NCBI GenBank assembly: GCA_028023455.1
Contig: JAQFVV010000001.1
Location: 14,756,001 to 14,820,000, forward strand
Reading direction: 5' to 3'
Length of the DNA stretch: 64,000 nt
Source of the DNA: Epiperipatus broadwayi
Taxonomy: Eukaryota; Animalia; Onychophora
The translations under genes and the position numbers were made by a program. Below the pieces are notes generated by a model. It ran no database searches. It had not been told where the DNA came from and saw only the letters and a list, made by a program, of their open reading frames with translations. Below, piece by piece: positions 13,053 to 26,399 of this stretch. How positions within the stretch are numbered: position 1 is the stretch's first letter; each line of letters opens with the position of its first letter.

Positions 13053-14765
13053 TGTAACGCTAGCGAGATATAGGTATAAAACTCACATACATCTGCATTT
13101 CATACTTCATAATTTTTTTTAAATTATGATCAAATTTATTTGACAGAATAAATAAAGATACAATTATTTAAGTAGTTTAAAATATAGTTTTGTAAAAATA
13201 AAAAAAAATATGGAGTTATATTTTCTTTTAAAAGAGAATAATGCTTTTATTAACAATGGGGTGGGGAGAGAATTAGAAAAAAAAAGAGATTTAAAAACTT
13301 GCCTCTCCTTTTTATAAAATAAACTAATAAGTTAAAAGAATAAATATCTAAAAATAAGTCTTAATGAAACTCTAAAATAAAAAAAGATTAATTAATTAAT
13401 TAGGGAATGCCAGTAAATGTCATGGCTGATAATGATATTGAAATTGTAATAATTAAAAACCATGTAAGCTATCTCTTTGGGATAAAAGTGAGAGATAGTA
13501 GATTAATCTAAAAAAAAAATTAAAGAAAAATGTAAAAATCAAGTAGATTAAAGAAAATGTAAAATTTAATTTAAAAAAAAAAAGAATTAAAGTATGGTAA
13601 AAATTGAAGTAATGATAAGGAAAAGAACAATGGGAGAGTAGATATAAAAGTGTGATGTATTTATTGTTATTCGTGCTGCTCTCGAGTCTGAAAATCATTC
13701 CGTCTTCATGCTGTCATTGATTGATTACATAATTCATTGCCCTAGAGATTCAGAAATCTAAAGACAAAATAGAGGCAGTCGCTACTGCTATCGAAAATAT
13801 TATTGCAGAAGCTGTAGAACTAACAACTAGACCATCTTAGAAGTATTCGACTGGGTTTCAGACCCCAAAGTTCTCTGCTAAAATCAACTGTCCAAGAACC
13901 AATGCTTAAGTCATGAAATAGATGCTGCTGCTATTTTCTCCCCTTGTTGTCTCAGAATGAAAGACAAGCCTTGAAACCATCAATACAAAAAGCCAACTGG
14001 TTAAAAAGTAACACTGATGCAAACCAAAATAAAATGAACTGTGTCATCTAATATCACGAAAGTCTAAATAAATATTGATCAGTCTATTGACACTTGATAT
14101 TTTTTTGATGAAATTAATTCTAACGAAGGACTATATAAATTTAGCCTAAGCTAATCATTTATAATTTTATTATATTATTTTATATTATGTTAGATATGTC
14201 TGTGCATGAATAAATATTAATGTTTGCTTAATTATTATTTGGTCTATTCTTTCTCTCTCTCTCTTGTCACTGCGTTACCATTTATTTAAAGATATGTTTA
14301 TAAGTGTTAAGTTAATGAGCTGGACCCCTGAGTGAGAGTAGGAACTAGCTTGGGATATTTCAAGTGTTGAATTGTGTGCTTGTCATCTGAAGCATACTCG
14401 CTATATAACATGTAGTCGGCTGGTACCTGAGTTTGATCCTCAAAACAAATAAATGCTTTGGATAGCAATTTTTTTTATTCCAGCAGAAAAGGTGAGCCGC
14501 AGTCAGGAAATGTGGTCATGTTATTCTATATGTAGCCCGATCTGACTATGTGTATCGTTGATGGCTATGACATCAATGGTATTCTTCCCTCTGCTTGAAG
14601 TGCCGATCCGTTCCCATAAGATTTAGATATTAAAGTAAATGTTAAAACTTATTAAAGTTTAAATTACAAAAGATATTAAAAGGTTATATTAAAAAATATT
14701 TAAACCTAGTAATATAATAAATCCAGCAAGAATAAGGTTTATTCGGAGGAACCTGGTTCAATACA
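13053..14765. mobile_element. Probable solo LTR, related to 16741-18314
   Basis: TGTAAC...AATACA termini with flanks TATAT and TTTAT (4/5 match). 14400-14640 aligns with 17990-18230. Confidence 0.5.
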
Positions 14766-14793
14766 TTTATCTATATTATTTTTTTCATATTAC

Positions 14794-14943
14794 CTGTATG
14801 ATGTAATCCACATGCTACTTGAACAGCAGCAACATCTCCATTTCCAATTAAAATTCGAGTAGGAGGAAGCAAAACAATTTTATTCTGATCTTTTTCATAA
14901 TCACTTTCTTCTACACAGGAAATAAGTTTAGGAGGTTCATCAA
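14794..14943 (-). CDS. MYCBP2: MYCBP2 exon (last found in window): DEPPKLISCVEESDYEKDQNKIVLLPPTRILIGNGDVAAVQVACGLHHT
   Basis: Acceptor ttatag|TT and donor CAG|GTAATA; 150 bp, phase 1 to 1. Matches MYCBP2 EKDASKITTYPP...AVQVSCGFHHS. The next RCC1 exon was not found in 1-14793. Confidence 0.92.
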
Positions 14944-16740
14944 CTATAATAAAATAAAACAAATTTAAAGTCAAATATAAAAATCATTTCAATATATAAT
15001 TGTTATCTGAAAAATGAATTATTATATTCATGTTACTCTGAAAAAGAAAAAGAAAAAAAAAAAGGGGGGGGGGGATAAAAAGATAAACATAGAATAAAAA
15101 AAAAAGGCATATTTCTAAAGAAAATCAAGACTTATAAAAAAAAGCTTATTGTTATTTTTGTTTTATTTACTATCTATTTTTACAAAATATTAAAAAATAC
15201 CATTTAAAAAGTGTTTAATAAAAATAAGATGATTATATTATACAGTGGTGCAGCATATGAATTTCATGATGTTTTAAAAATATTTTCAACTATTATTCTT
15301 ACAAACATTTTGAATGCTAACAGTCTTTTTAAAGGGCTTAATTTTGATTTGCATGTTGTTGTTTTTAAATTAAACATGTTAAATATTGTTAATTTATTAT
15401 GCATTAAAAAGGGAAAAAAAACATTGTAAATAATGTGTGAAATTTTATTTTTAAAACAAAATATCATGCTATTCAATCTGAACATGGAAATATTAATGGC
15501 AAAGTATCTGCTAGGTATGAAATAAAAATAAATGTAACCAAAATTAAAATTATAAAAACTAAATGAGAAGAAGATAATGTGATTGTGCATAAGACTAAAG
15601 CATGAATTAAAAAAAAAAAAAGATTTGAAAGTTGATAAAAAAAAAATAGAATAGTAACAAAAGAAAACCTCAGAAATAAAATATCAATTAATTAAATATC
15701 TTATAAAAATGCTATTGTTCTTAATTTGAAGAGTTTCAAAATTTCATTATCTTAAAACAGAATTTATAATCAAATTCATAGACTTATATTATCTAAAAAC
15801 ATATTCCAATTAGTAATCTGTATAATAATATTATGAATATACTTATAGTTTTAAAAATTTATGAACGAAATTATAAAAAAAAATTTGAGGATAATAAAAA
15901 TCAAATATAAATTTCAAACTTCTGTAAGCAATGTCCTAAAATAAGCATAATCAAAATAAGTTTTTGTCTTAATAAATAATTAAAATAACAAGTAACTTCC
16001 CTTCAAATATATTTTTAAATTCAATTTTTTAAAAAAAAAAAATGTCAGGGCCTAAATTTGTGTAAAAAATTATAAGTTTACTAATCAAATAATTTAAAAT
16101 TAAAAAAAAAAAATGTATTCATATACAAAATTTAATATTTAATAACAAAAACTTTTAGTCAGACAGATATGATTATAATATTCCATAAACAATTCAGTAT
16201 ATACCATTTCAGAATGTTGACTAATTTCAATCATATATTTTCAACTTTAGGATAATGATTTCTTTTTGAATAAATATCACGAAAGTTACTAAAACCTTTC
16301 ATTACATTATTTCTATAAGCATTTATTGCATTTGTTCCCAACATTTAATTCTAACCAATAAGTTATTCAAGGAACAAAAAAAAAGTGTGATTCATTAAAT
16401 ATAATTACAATTAGAAACATGTACATTTCTTAGTATTAACAAAAATATGGAAAATAGAAAAATTTAATTACAGAAACCTACAGAAACTCTGATTAACAAT
16501 CTAAAAAATAGCTTTAATTCAGTAAAAGATATTTAACTATAATGCTCAAATATCCAATATAACTTATTTGTCCACAAAGATGTAATATATATATATTGTA
16601 CCAACATTGTGTTGGCACATAATAATTTTGTTTAAAAATTGTTAAAATAAAAATCTTTCGTAAAAGAAACGTAAAATTAAAAGTTTAAGAGTTCTTGAAA
16701 TAAAAAGTTACAATTAATCAATTAAAGGGGGGGGGGTTGC

Positions 16741-18314
16741 TGTAGAAACAAACTAATTAAAAAGTTTTTTTTTATTATTATTAGTTAAAATGTAACATAA
16801 AGTTTAAAAATATAAATCTCTTTTCATTCGAGTTAAAAAAAAGAAAGTAATCTTAAAACTAATATCGAGTTTATTAGAATAAAATATACAGGTATGGAAA
16901 TGACAAATTAATGTGTGCTTGTTAATAAAATATATATGTGCGAGAGTAAACAAAGAAATGATAAATGCGTGTATATGTGCGTGTTAAAATCATATTGAAA
17001 GAAAACACATGAAAATAAATATTAAAATGAAATAAAGGAAAAATATATTTACAAACACAGCGATGGCTACGAATTAAAAATATAAAAACAACACGTTTGC
17101 ATAGCTACTAATTAAACGATCTCCAAAACACGTAATTAAAAGATTATCAAAGGAATTTCGACAACAGATATAGCTGGAAGATATCAAAATGATAACACGT
17201 CGTATGTATAAATAGTCAATTTTTTATCGGACAGTTAGTTGAGTTCATGCTGAGTTTGAGTTGCGTTTGAGAGTTATATCAGTCAGTTTATTATGGATAA
17301 AGTATCAAGAATGCAGTGTTAAAATCTTGGAAAACATACGACTGTCTCTAGCCTGAAGTAAGATGAAAACAGCTAACCTAACCGATAAGTGATGCCTGCG
17401 TAAAACCTGAAGCTGCTCAATGTCTAATTGTCTTAAAGAAAATGCCTCGGAATAATCAGCATCAAATCTCCACAAGAAACTTCAAATCTAACCGATTAGA
17501 AATATTTCATTAGAAGCAGCAAGCAGCAAGAAGTATCCACGTTCAAAATCCTAGGTAATAACACTTTCTTATTTCTAAAGTAGCCATCGCATTCGTAAAG
17601 CTCCAAGAGTCAAGTTTAAGAACTCTATAGCATACATAGACGAACTATTAATATGTGTGTTTAAAATGTTGTGTGTGTTCATGTGTTAGTATATTGATGT
17701 CATCATATTTTAAATTTCAAATATTATTTAAGGCTTTCTCCTAAGATATTATAGTGTGTGAATTAAAAATGTGCATGTGTTATAGTAGTAAATAAGATTT
17801 ATAAAATATTTAAAATTAGTTTAATAAATGTTAATTAAAATAAATTGTCTTTAAACTTCAAAACTTTATTTTGTCGGTGTCATTTCTTTTGCCACTATTT
17901 AAGTGAAACAATATTTTGTTATTGAATTAAAAATAGACTGAGCTAGTTAAAGGATTTTTCGAGTGCTGGATTATGGGCCTATTGTCCAAACATGTTAGTT
18001 CTGAACTAGCTGGCACCCAGGTTTACTCCAAAACAAATAAAGTGTTTGGATAGTAGGAGTTTGAATCTAGCAGTCGAAATGGGCCGTGATCTGGAAATGT
18101 GATCGTGTTATGCGTTGCATAACTCGGTCTGATCATGGGTAGTATTGACAGCTTTGCTATCAATAGTATTCTCCACTTTGCTCGAATGTGCCAGTTCGTT
18201 CTCAAATATTTATAATTATATAAGATTATAAATGTATTATAAATAAGCGTGAAACACAGCTAAACCATTTTGTAGACTAAGTGTGAGCGTCATCGGATAG
18301 AACCCGGTATAATA
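16741..18314. mobile_element. LTR-like repeat, second copy of the 13053-14765 family
   Basis: Starts TGTAG just after an A/G-rich purine run. Shares CAAAACAAATAAA...TTTGGATAG and GGAAATGTG.TC.TGTTA blocks and the GAACC.GGT end motif with 14400-14760. Ends are approximate. Confidence 0.45.
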
Positions 18315-20965
18315 TATAATTGATCATGTGATTTGTAAAATTAAATATCTTGAGAAGGTCTCAATGGAGATGAAAGCTGGTTCAATAAATATTAAATTAT
18401 AATTATCAGCAGTTATCTATTTCAATCTTATTTAGATTGATTATTTAATTAATAAACATATTTAATTTTAAAAACATAAACTAAGTTCAGTAGATTTATT
18501 ATAAATTAAATAATCCACTGTTCTTTAGATGACATAAGAAATAATAGATCTAAATAAATAGCAAGCTATTCTTATTGAATCTATCATGCTGTGTATAACA
18601 GTTTTGAGGCAGAGTTAGAAGTTCTGTTTGAGAGTTTAATTTATATACAATTCCTAATATACCGAACACCTCACAAACACGTGATAGGATAATGAATGAT
18701 TTTTAAATATCAGGATACTTTGAAAGCACAATAACCACTAAAAATGGTTGCGATAGCTATTTGAAAGAAATTGAAAGCTTATAAACATTTAATGTATCTG
18801 AAGTTAACGCTGTATCATTAACATCAAATGACAGTTGGCTCAGTCTACTTATTACACATTTAATTTTTATCTTTATTTATATTATTAGCTTTATGTTTAT
18901 ATTAAGTTTTATACAAATTATATTAATGTTAATAATCTAAGCAGAAATCTAATTTGGTATCTAAAAAATTATTAATTTATTATATAGTTAACCTTAGAAA
19001 TATTTCCTTAATCTGCTCTTCAAACAGTACTAATTTTAAAATAATTTAAAAAAGTTACGCCAAATATTAATAATACCAATTTTTTTTTTTTGTTATAAAA
19101 TTACCATTTAAATTTTAACACATATTATATAATATAATAAAGTGAAGTCTCATAAATATTACCTCCAATATTAATAATATCTTTTTTGTGTGTTTTAAAA
19201 ACTATTTTAAATTTTTTTAACATGTTTATATATACATATATATTAGTGTCTCTAATGTTTGATTTTGGATTGGAAGAGATTCGGTAAGAAGTTAACCATA
19301 ATAAATTAAAATCAGAGTGAGAAACTAAAGAGCTAGATTTCAATTACACCGGCATAAATTTAAAACAAATTCATGTATGGTTGACACTTCTTAATTAAGA
19401 CCCTAACCCATGCAAATGCACTCACTCCAGATTGCCCAAATAAAACAAACAATACATATATCATATACTTTCTCAGAGATTTTAATTTTATTCATTAATG
19501 TAGTTAAATATACGTAAAATGGATTTTATGAGTGCTTTCTATCTTCAAGTTCCTAGGTTCAAATTGCAAATATAATAAAATATTAAGTATAGCATTGGAT
19601 GAATCAACAGGGTAATAACACGATCTGAACTTAAATTGCATTAAGATGATGATTAAAGAATAATACTATATGAAGTAAAGAACAAGGATTTCATTTCAAT
19701 AACAACAATGTTTATTTTAATGTAAATATCAATAAAAAAAATATAACAATAATATAATAATACTAATAATAATCACTGTACGATAGCAAATACTAAAACT
19801 GAATGTTTTTAGCTCCTTTGGATGTGCATATGATAAATCGAATATAACTACAGTTGGTGTATAGAATCATTATATGTGTGGCAATACAACATACATGCTA
19901 GATTGATTGCCGGGTTTTTATCACACTTTTACTTTCAACATATAATCGGGCATAATGTCCCAAAATTATCAAAGTAATTCTTAGACATTGGTCCCTTTAA
20001 AAGCATATAATAAAATATAACTTAATATTTATATCTCAAAATTGAAAAAATAGTTAAGAATACAATCTCTCCCTCCAACACAGAAGATTTAAGATGTATT
20101 CACTCTTGCTTATCTGTTTCTTACATTTAAATATCGAATATAAACTATACTACCTGGGTTTTCACTGAAGTTACATAGTCATAACTGGCATATTTATTAC
20201 TCTAATAATTTATTTAACACATTAAGTAAAACATAAAATATATAATACACTGTTCATATAAAATGTATATGGCACTCAAATATTAAATATTCCCAAATTT
20301 TCAAAATAATAATAATCTTGTATAATAACAAATTCAACTCTCTGTGGAATTACTATTCGAGTTTAACGAAGATCAAGATCATCCTAATCGAATTAATCCA
20401 TTAAGGAAAATCTTCATTCATTTTCAGTTTAAAACATATATTTTATAATCTCTGCAATCTCTTTATTTCTTTTGTCGATCAGATAAATATATAAAAAATA
20501 TCTTTAAGTGACACTTTAACTCAACAAGTATGTTGATTACTTTACTGATTTTGTTCTGATGTTTTAAAAAAGATATTTCGGTTGTTTCTTTTAACTGGCA
20601 ATATATTGTTTATTTTTAGATAGGAGATATTTCCATAATCGTTTGCAAAATTCTGTGGCAATTTTTAAATAAAATAGATGTTAAAAAGCATATTCTTTGG
20701 AAGTTGAAAGGACATAATTTAGCAATATAATGCCTTAGATGAATTTAATTAGACTTTCTAGAATTTCAATATTAAAAACTGCATATTTTCTTAACAAAAA
20801 ATTTAAAAATAAAAACATGCATTGTTTTCCATTTTTCAATTTATTTTAATTGATCATATATCCATTGATGTTATTAGAATGCAGTGAAGATCTAGCTCTA
20901 TCTTGGACAAATTCTCTGGTCAACATGTTCTACTCAGACATCTTTATGTAGGTAAATACAATATG

Positions 20966-21169
20966 ACATATAATAACAATATTTCACTCTTCTTACACTT
21001 TAAAGCAAAATATATTTATTTATTCTTTACAATTTCGACTGTTCCTAGCGGTCTTCGTCAGATCTATTTTGCTTTAAAGTGTAAGAAGAGTGAACTGTTA
21101 TTATTATATGTTATATAAAAAAAGCAAAAGTAAATAAGAAAAGAGGAAGAGAAAGTATTGAAGATTAAG
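20966..21169 (-). mobile_element. 204-bp palindromic insertion carrying a minimal hammerhead motif, 9-bp TSD
   Basis: TSD TACAATATG at 20957-20965 and 21170-21178; ~52-bp inverted arms at 20961-21012 and 21065-21116. Absent from copy A near 11930-11945. Confidence 0.75.
21028..21061 (-). ncRNA. Minimal type I hammerhead ribozyme motif, Penelope-type, degenerate stems I and III
   Basis: Minus strand reads CUGACGA-A-GACCG-CUAGGAA-CAGUC-GAAA-UUGUA. The core boxes are intact; stem II has one mismatch. Confidence 0.6.
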
Positions 21170-21914
21170 TACAATATGGCGATTTTTTAAAAAGATGTGT
21201 GTGCACCTCAACTGCACTGAAAATTTTAAAAGTAGATTTCTCTTTTTTAATTTTCTGGTATTTATAAGTTTTTTTGAGATGATGTCAAAATTTTTCACAT
21301 ACCCAGATGTTTTCATAGGAGTACGAGTATTTAATCATTTTTGAAAATACAAAATAATAAAATATTTTGCATCAACTAATTATTAAAAAAGAATAATCTC
21401 AATTGTCCCCTTTTAAAATTTATTAGAGTAATAAATTTTTGTCAATATATATTATTAATTCAATAAGATTTCACAAATATTTTAGCGTTAATACTTTCAT
21501 TAGGTTTGGCAATCTGTTATTTAAAAAAAATTTACGGAATCCAAACACTGAATTGCCTGATGTCTCAGTGAATTGTTTTGTTCATCTTTTTAACACACTT
21601 TTCTAATTCTATGAGTATTATTTATACACACATACCCACACTGATATGTAAATACAATAATATTTGAAGTCTAAAAAAAAAAAAACGATTATCCCATTTC
21701 ATCTTGACTTTGTGGTAGTTTATCTTTCATTTTAAACATATCACTTCATTTACTTATCTACTATAAAATGTACAATCAAGAAAATTTTTTAACAGTTCAT
21801 ACTCTACAAAACATGATAGAATTTGTACAAAAATATAATGCTACAATATGTATAAAAATAATTTAGGATATATAAATCAACTTAAAAAAAACTATATTAT
21901 AATGAAAACTTTAC

Positions 21915-22013
21915 TTTTTGCTTTGTTAACTTTGGAACTTTGTTTTCGTTGTCTTTGTCGCCGCTCATCAAATTTTCTTTGTAACTGGTCTTGCAGCCTA
22001 GCACCCTGTCGCC
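21915..22013 (-). CDS. MYCBP2: MYCBP2 exon: RQGARLQDQLQRKFDERRQRQRKQSSKVNKAK
   Basis: Acceptor tttttag|GG and donor A|GTAAAG; 99 bp, phase 1 to 1. GC-richer island that aligns loosely to MYCBP2 HLQLRQEEKRQR. Confidence 0.8.
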
Positions 22014-23270
22014 CTAAAAATTAAATGAAAAAAAAAAAGCTTCTAATAAAATATGCATAATATATTAATGTCAAATAAATATTTTCTTTAATTATAAAAT
22101 TAAAAATATTTATTTCAAATATATTTTTCAATTATTCATTAATTAATCATTTTATAATATTTCATGTAGACTATATTTTATATAAATAAAATAATCATTA
22201 AAAAGTAACATGGTTATATTTCAAAAATTTAAAAGTAATATTGTTTACTAATGGTTTTATATTAATGTAATAAAATTAATTTTTTAACTGCTACTTTTTT
22301 TAAAACAAACTAATTATATCATAACTGTTTATAATACTTCTATATTTTTTTTATATTTTAAAATCAATTTTTGTTCATGCTTAAAAACAAATATGCATTT
22401 AAAAGATCATTATCATGATTTTGTTATAAAACTTTACTTTTTGGAAGATTGAATTAATGACTTACATATTAGGATTAATTGAGCAAGTTATTTAAATTAT
22501 TCTTTCAATTATGGTTGTGAATATAATAATATATCAACTCCCGTTTTACACTTTTCTCTTTTTTTTCTTTTCATATATTTTGACTGGCTAGCAATTTTCT
22601 TCTGAGGTTTTAAAAAAAAGTGTAAAAAAGGAAAAATTTATTAAGATATTAATAGATTGTATATAAAAAGCTGTTAAATCAGAAGATTGGTTAAAGGCTG
22701 ATATTGGAATGAAATATAATATAAAGAAAAAAACATACGATATAATCTAAATAAAAAAGAAGTACACTTTGGATGTACTAATGTTTTTTATTTTTATTTC
22801 AAAATTTATAACTAAAATAAAAATGATTTATGCTTAGATATGACACTTATTAATTTGCTTATGCCCTGCATAGTTTATTGCTGTAGTAGAGTGTCAGACT
22901 CTGGAGCTTAAGGCCCGCAGATGGATTCCAAATCTGGAATTTCCAATGCTTAAACTTCCTCTGAACTCCTGAGCAATAAATCCATTTGACTTCTTTAATT
23001 GTTTCAAATTTCATAAACTAAAATAAAATAAAAAGAATTTATGGCTTTGCTTATGATTTCATTATTTTTTCTATAAACTTATAACTTTTCAATAAAATAA
23101 TTGTAGTTGAATAAAATCTTTGATTTGAGTTATTCGCAACTGTGTAAAATTAAAACAGTAAAAACCAGTTTGAGAAATATGTTCTTTAACATATTTTTAG
23201 CTAAAGAATTTTTAAATTCACAGAAAATTAAATTACAACACAATAGCAACTTTCTCTAAACAATATTTCC

Positions 23271-23422
23271 GCCTAGTGCAAGCCATAGCAAACATTGGAT
23301 GCTAGAAGGGTAGTGCATCAAATCCCTATCTCAAGCTACTCATCCAATATCTCCAGATTAGTTTCTAGCTTATGGCTTTCATTATTGAGGAGCCTTGAAT
23401 TTGAGAACATTGCACTTAGATC
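23271..23422 (-). mobile_element. Fragment of the ~455-bp hammerhead-bearing repeat, core mutated
   Basis: Aligns to 34910-35070 and 55470-55625. CUGAUGA is changed to AUAAUGA. Confidence 0.8.
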
Positions 23423-25425
23423 ATGTGGTATTCTAGGGATTTAAAATTAAATTCATAAAAATAATGTCATAATATATACTGGGTGAATTATGATCTAATG
23501 AATGGAAATTTGTTTAATTTGAATATGACTGATTAGATGTTATATCTTTTACAGCATAATTCTTAATTTGAGAGAATTTTTCTATTTTTATTAAATTTAT
23601 AAAATAATTTAAAAAATAATTATCTATTCATCAAACTATATTTTAATATATAGATGTACTATGTTGATCAAATCACCAGTGACTTCATATTAAAAGATTT
23701 TTCTTTTCTATTTTTTATTCTTTGCAATGAGATGAAATTTTTGCAGGCATATCCCTGATGACCTACAATATAATATCCACTCATCTTCTAAATAGTTGTC
23801 TTTGTTTTTTTTTACTTCAACAATAACAAGTAAGGTACTATTTTTTTTCAATAAACATCAACTCTCATACCATATTCAAAATAAAATAATTTGTTTCAAT
23901 ATTTTGGCTTTCAGTCAAGATCAGTGCTTAATTTTTTTTTGATAAATGATTTATTGGTCCTTTTTATCCAGGGAATTTTATTTCAGATTCTTAAAAATCA
24001 CAGTCCAAACTATCTATTATTTTTCAATCATTTCTATATAAAATTGGAAAAGAATAAAAATCCTTATGCTGATCTTCCACAAAATAATAATCAGAAAATA
24101 ATAATAGATTATTTACTACAGCTATATCATCAATAATAATTTTATACATAAAAAGCTTTTTTCAGCACCTGCTTTGGTGCCATTTTTAAATGTTAGTAAT
24201 CTATTTAACGTTAATGAATTATTTCTGACATAAAACCATCCAGTGTCCAATTATGGAATTAAAATAAACAATAATAATATAAATAATTAAAACAAATCAA
24301 AACCCTCTTATATAAATTCAATAATCACAAAATAATTGACTATATCATAACAATATGTTAAATAAATATTACATGCATTTTTTATACAATTATTTATATT
24401 ATCTTATATAATTTTCCATTCATTTTTAATCAACCAATTATTAACCAAATTTATAAAAGGCTTGTAAATATTCATACAATTATCTAAATTATTTTTAATG
24501 TAGTGTTTTTCGTATATTTGTTTTCTTTTTGGATCGCTGATGAAATTTAAATATTTAATACTTTTTGTAATATCTATTCTATGGTCATAATTCAAGTAAT
24601 GAATATATAATGCAGATTTATAATCTCTTCTTTTAATGGCTCTTAATAATCATTCTTACAATTTTAGTAGGTTAATTTATTTCAACTTTGTTTTGCTTCA
24701 GTAAAAATTTCTTAGCTATCATCAGTGTTATGTTTCTTTTTTCATTGTATTTAAATTTAAAAAACAAAATAAATTTTTTGACTAATCATTTGCTTTCTCA
24801 AAGATTGAACCTATCACAACAAAATAATTATCTTTTTTCAAAATAAGCAAAACTATGAATGGTTTGTCGAATGGATTACAATTCAGTCAATTCAGTAGTA
24901 ATTCTATAATAACAACAAATTGATTTCCAAAACGATTGAGATTGGAATTTTTAATGTGACCCTCTGTTATAACTTATTTCTAAAAGATCTAAATATCTAA
25001 CAACTTTATACAATAATTAATAATAAAAATAACTATACTTTTGAATGCCTAACTTAATAACTTGTTATTAGCAAGTTCAGTCTCTACTGTGATGATTATG
25101 GATAAATAAAAAAAATCAGGTTCAATTCCAAAGAGAGAACCTGAAATATTGCTATCACATCCAAGAAGGGCAATAAGCTTTCAATGAATACCAATAAAGA
25201 TAAATTGTGAAAAATATATAATAAAATGTTGTTTAATAAATCAAAATAATATAAAATTAAAAATTTTAATGTATATTATATAAACATAGATATACATACA
25301 CACATATATAGTTGCTATACATATATATGAATGTATAAAAGTCAACGAAAATATAAATATTCAATCAAAAATTAAAAAATTATGATAGAAATTGAAAAGA
25401 GGGCACCAAGTATATTTAAAGGCAC

Positions 25426-25586
25426 CTCCAATGATGAGATCCAGACGAAAAAGATCTCTTGACTTTGCCAGCACTTCAAACAGACCTCTAGCCTGTTCCG
25501 GTTCTTTATCCAGTGGCTCCCCTGCACAAGTCCGACAACAACCACAATCAGAACATCCAGAATCTCCTGAGCCACAACCACAAGGT
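25426..25586 (-). CDS. MYCBP2: MYCBP2 exon: PCGCGSGDSGCSDCGCCRTCAGEPLDKEPEQARGLFEVLAKSRDLFRLDLIIG
   Basis: Acceptor atatag|A; 161 bp, phase 2 to 1. CGCGSG.SGC..CGCC motif. The donor G|GTGCCT is weak but is the one that fits the phase of the next exon. Confidence 0.9.
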
Positions 25587-26399
25587 CTATATTTAAAATA
25601 GACATATATACAATAATCAAATTTTTATACATATATAAATAGTATTATAAACAAATCTATACATATATACAAACACACATTATAATCTAATCAGCTAAAA
25701 ATAATAATAATCCAGAGAAATCAATTTAAGTTCTGTCATTACAATATAGCTCAATAAACAGAAACAAAATAAATCATAAAAAAGATGAGCAAATTATTAT
25801 AACATATATACAGATGTAATAAATTTTAAAAAATCAAAATTTAAAAAATAAATCATAACAAATTATTTAATTATTACAATTAAATTAAAAAGTAAATTCT
25901 TATTCTATCTTTTTTTTAACCAAAGTAATATTCTTTTTCCAAAATAAATTCTACAAAAAAAAAAAAACAAATTAAAGCAAAAATGATGAATTTAAAGAGT
26001 CTACAACATAAGAAAAAATATTATTTTTTCAAAAACGTATATATAATGAAGCAATGGATCTGAAGTCCGATCCATGCTTCACATCTTCCTATAAACTTAA
26101 TTAGTATTGTAGACCTAAATTAGGTTTATAGTTCAATATCAGCAGGGTTTTGCATTAGGGTTAAAAATAATTATGCTTATTAAATGTGTATTACAGTTAA
26201 ATATTTTATTTTAAATAAATTTCATTCTATTGATAAAAATTGCTTAACCTATTAGTCAAACATACATATATATACATCTAGCGTATATATATGAGTTAAT
26301 GCAAAATTCTGCTGAAATAAAATGCTTATTCTATTGTAAAATAATAATATATTGTTGTTCAAATTTTATTAAAATATTTAGTATGATTTGATTTTGAGA

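Larger units (their letters stand above)
19250..21850 (-). mobile_element. Old unclassified repeat, copy B
   Basis: Collinear with 5990-12900 once the nested insertions are removed. Confidence 0.7.

Noticed and set aside
1-14793. Search for the next MYCBP2 exon (VVLMENGDVYTFG...GQLG)
   Set aside because: No matching segment was found. A GQL-like hit near 13880 lies inside an LTR-like repeat, so the exon probably lies outside the window.
22870-22960. Possible tRNA or tRNA-derived SINE head
   Set aside because: Only vague A/B-box similarity and no cloverleaf, so there is too little support to call it.
25140-25200. Minus-strand LPFLDVI motif resembling Penelope RT
   Set aside because: Seven residues with no supporting flanking motifs.
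26047-26081. 13-bp bulged hairpin TGAAGC(A)ATGGATC/GATCCATGCTTCA
   Set aside because: Isolated and short, with no second copy or functional context seen.
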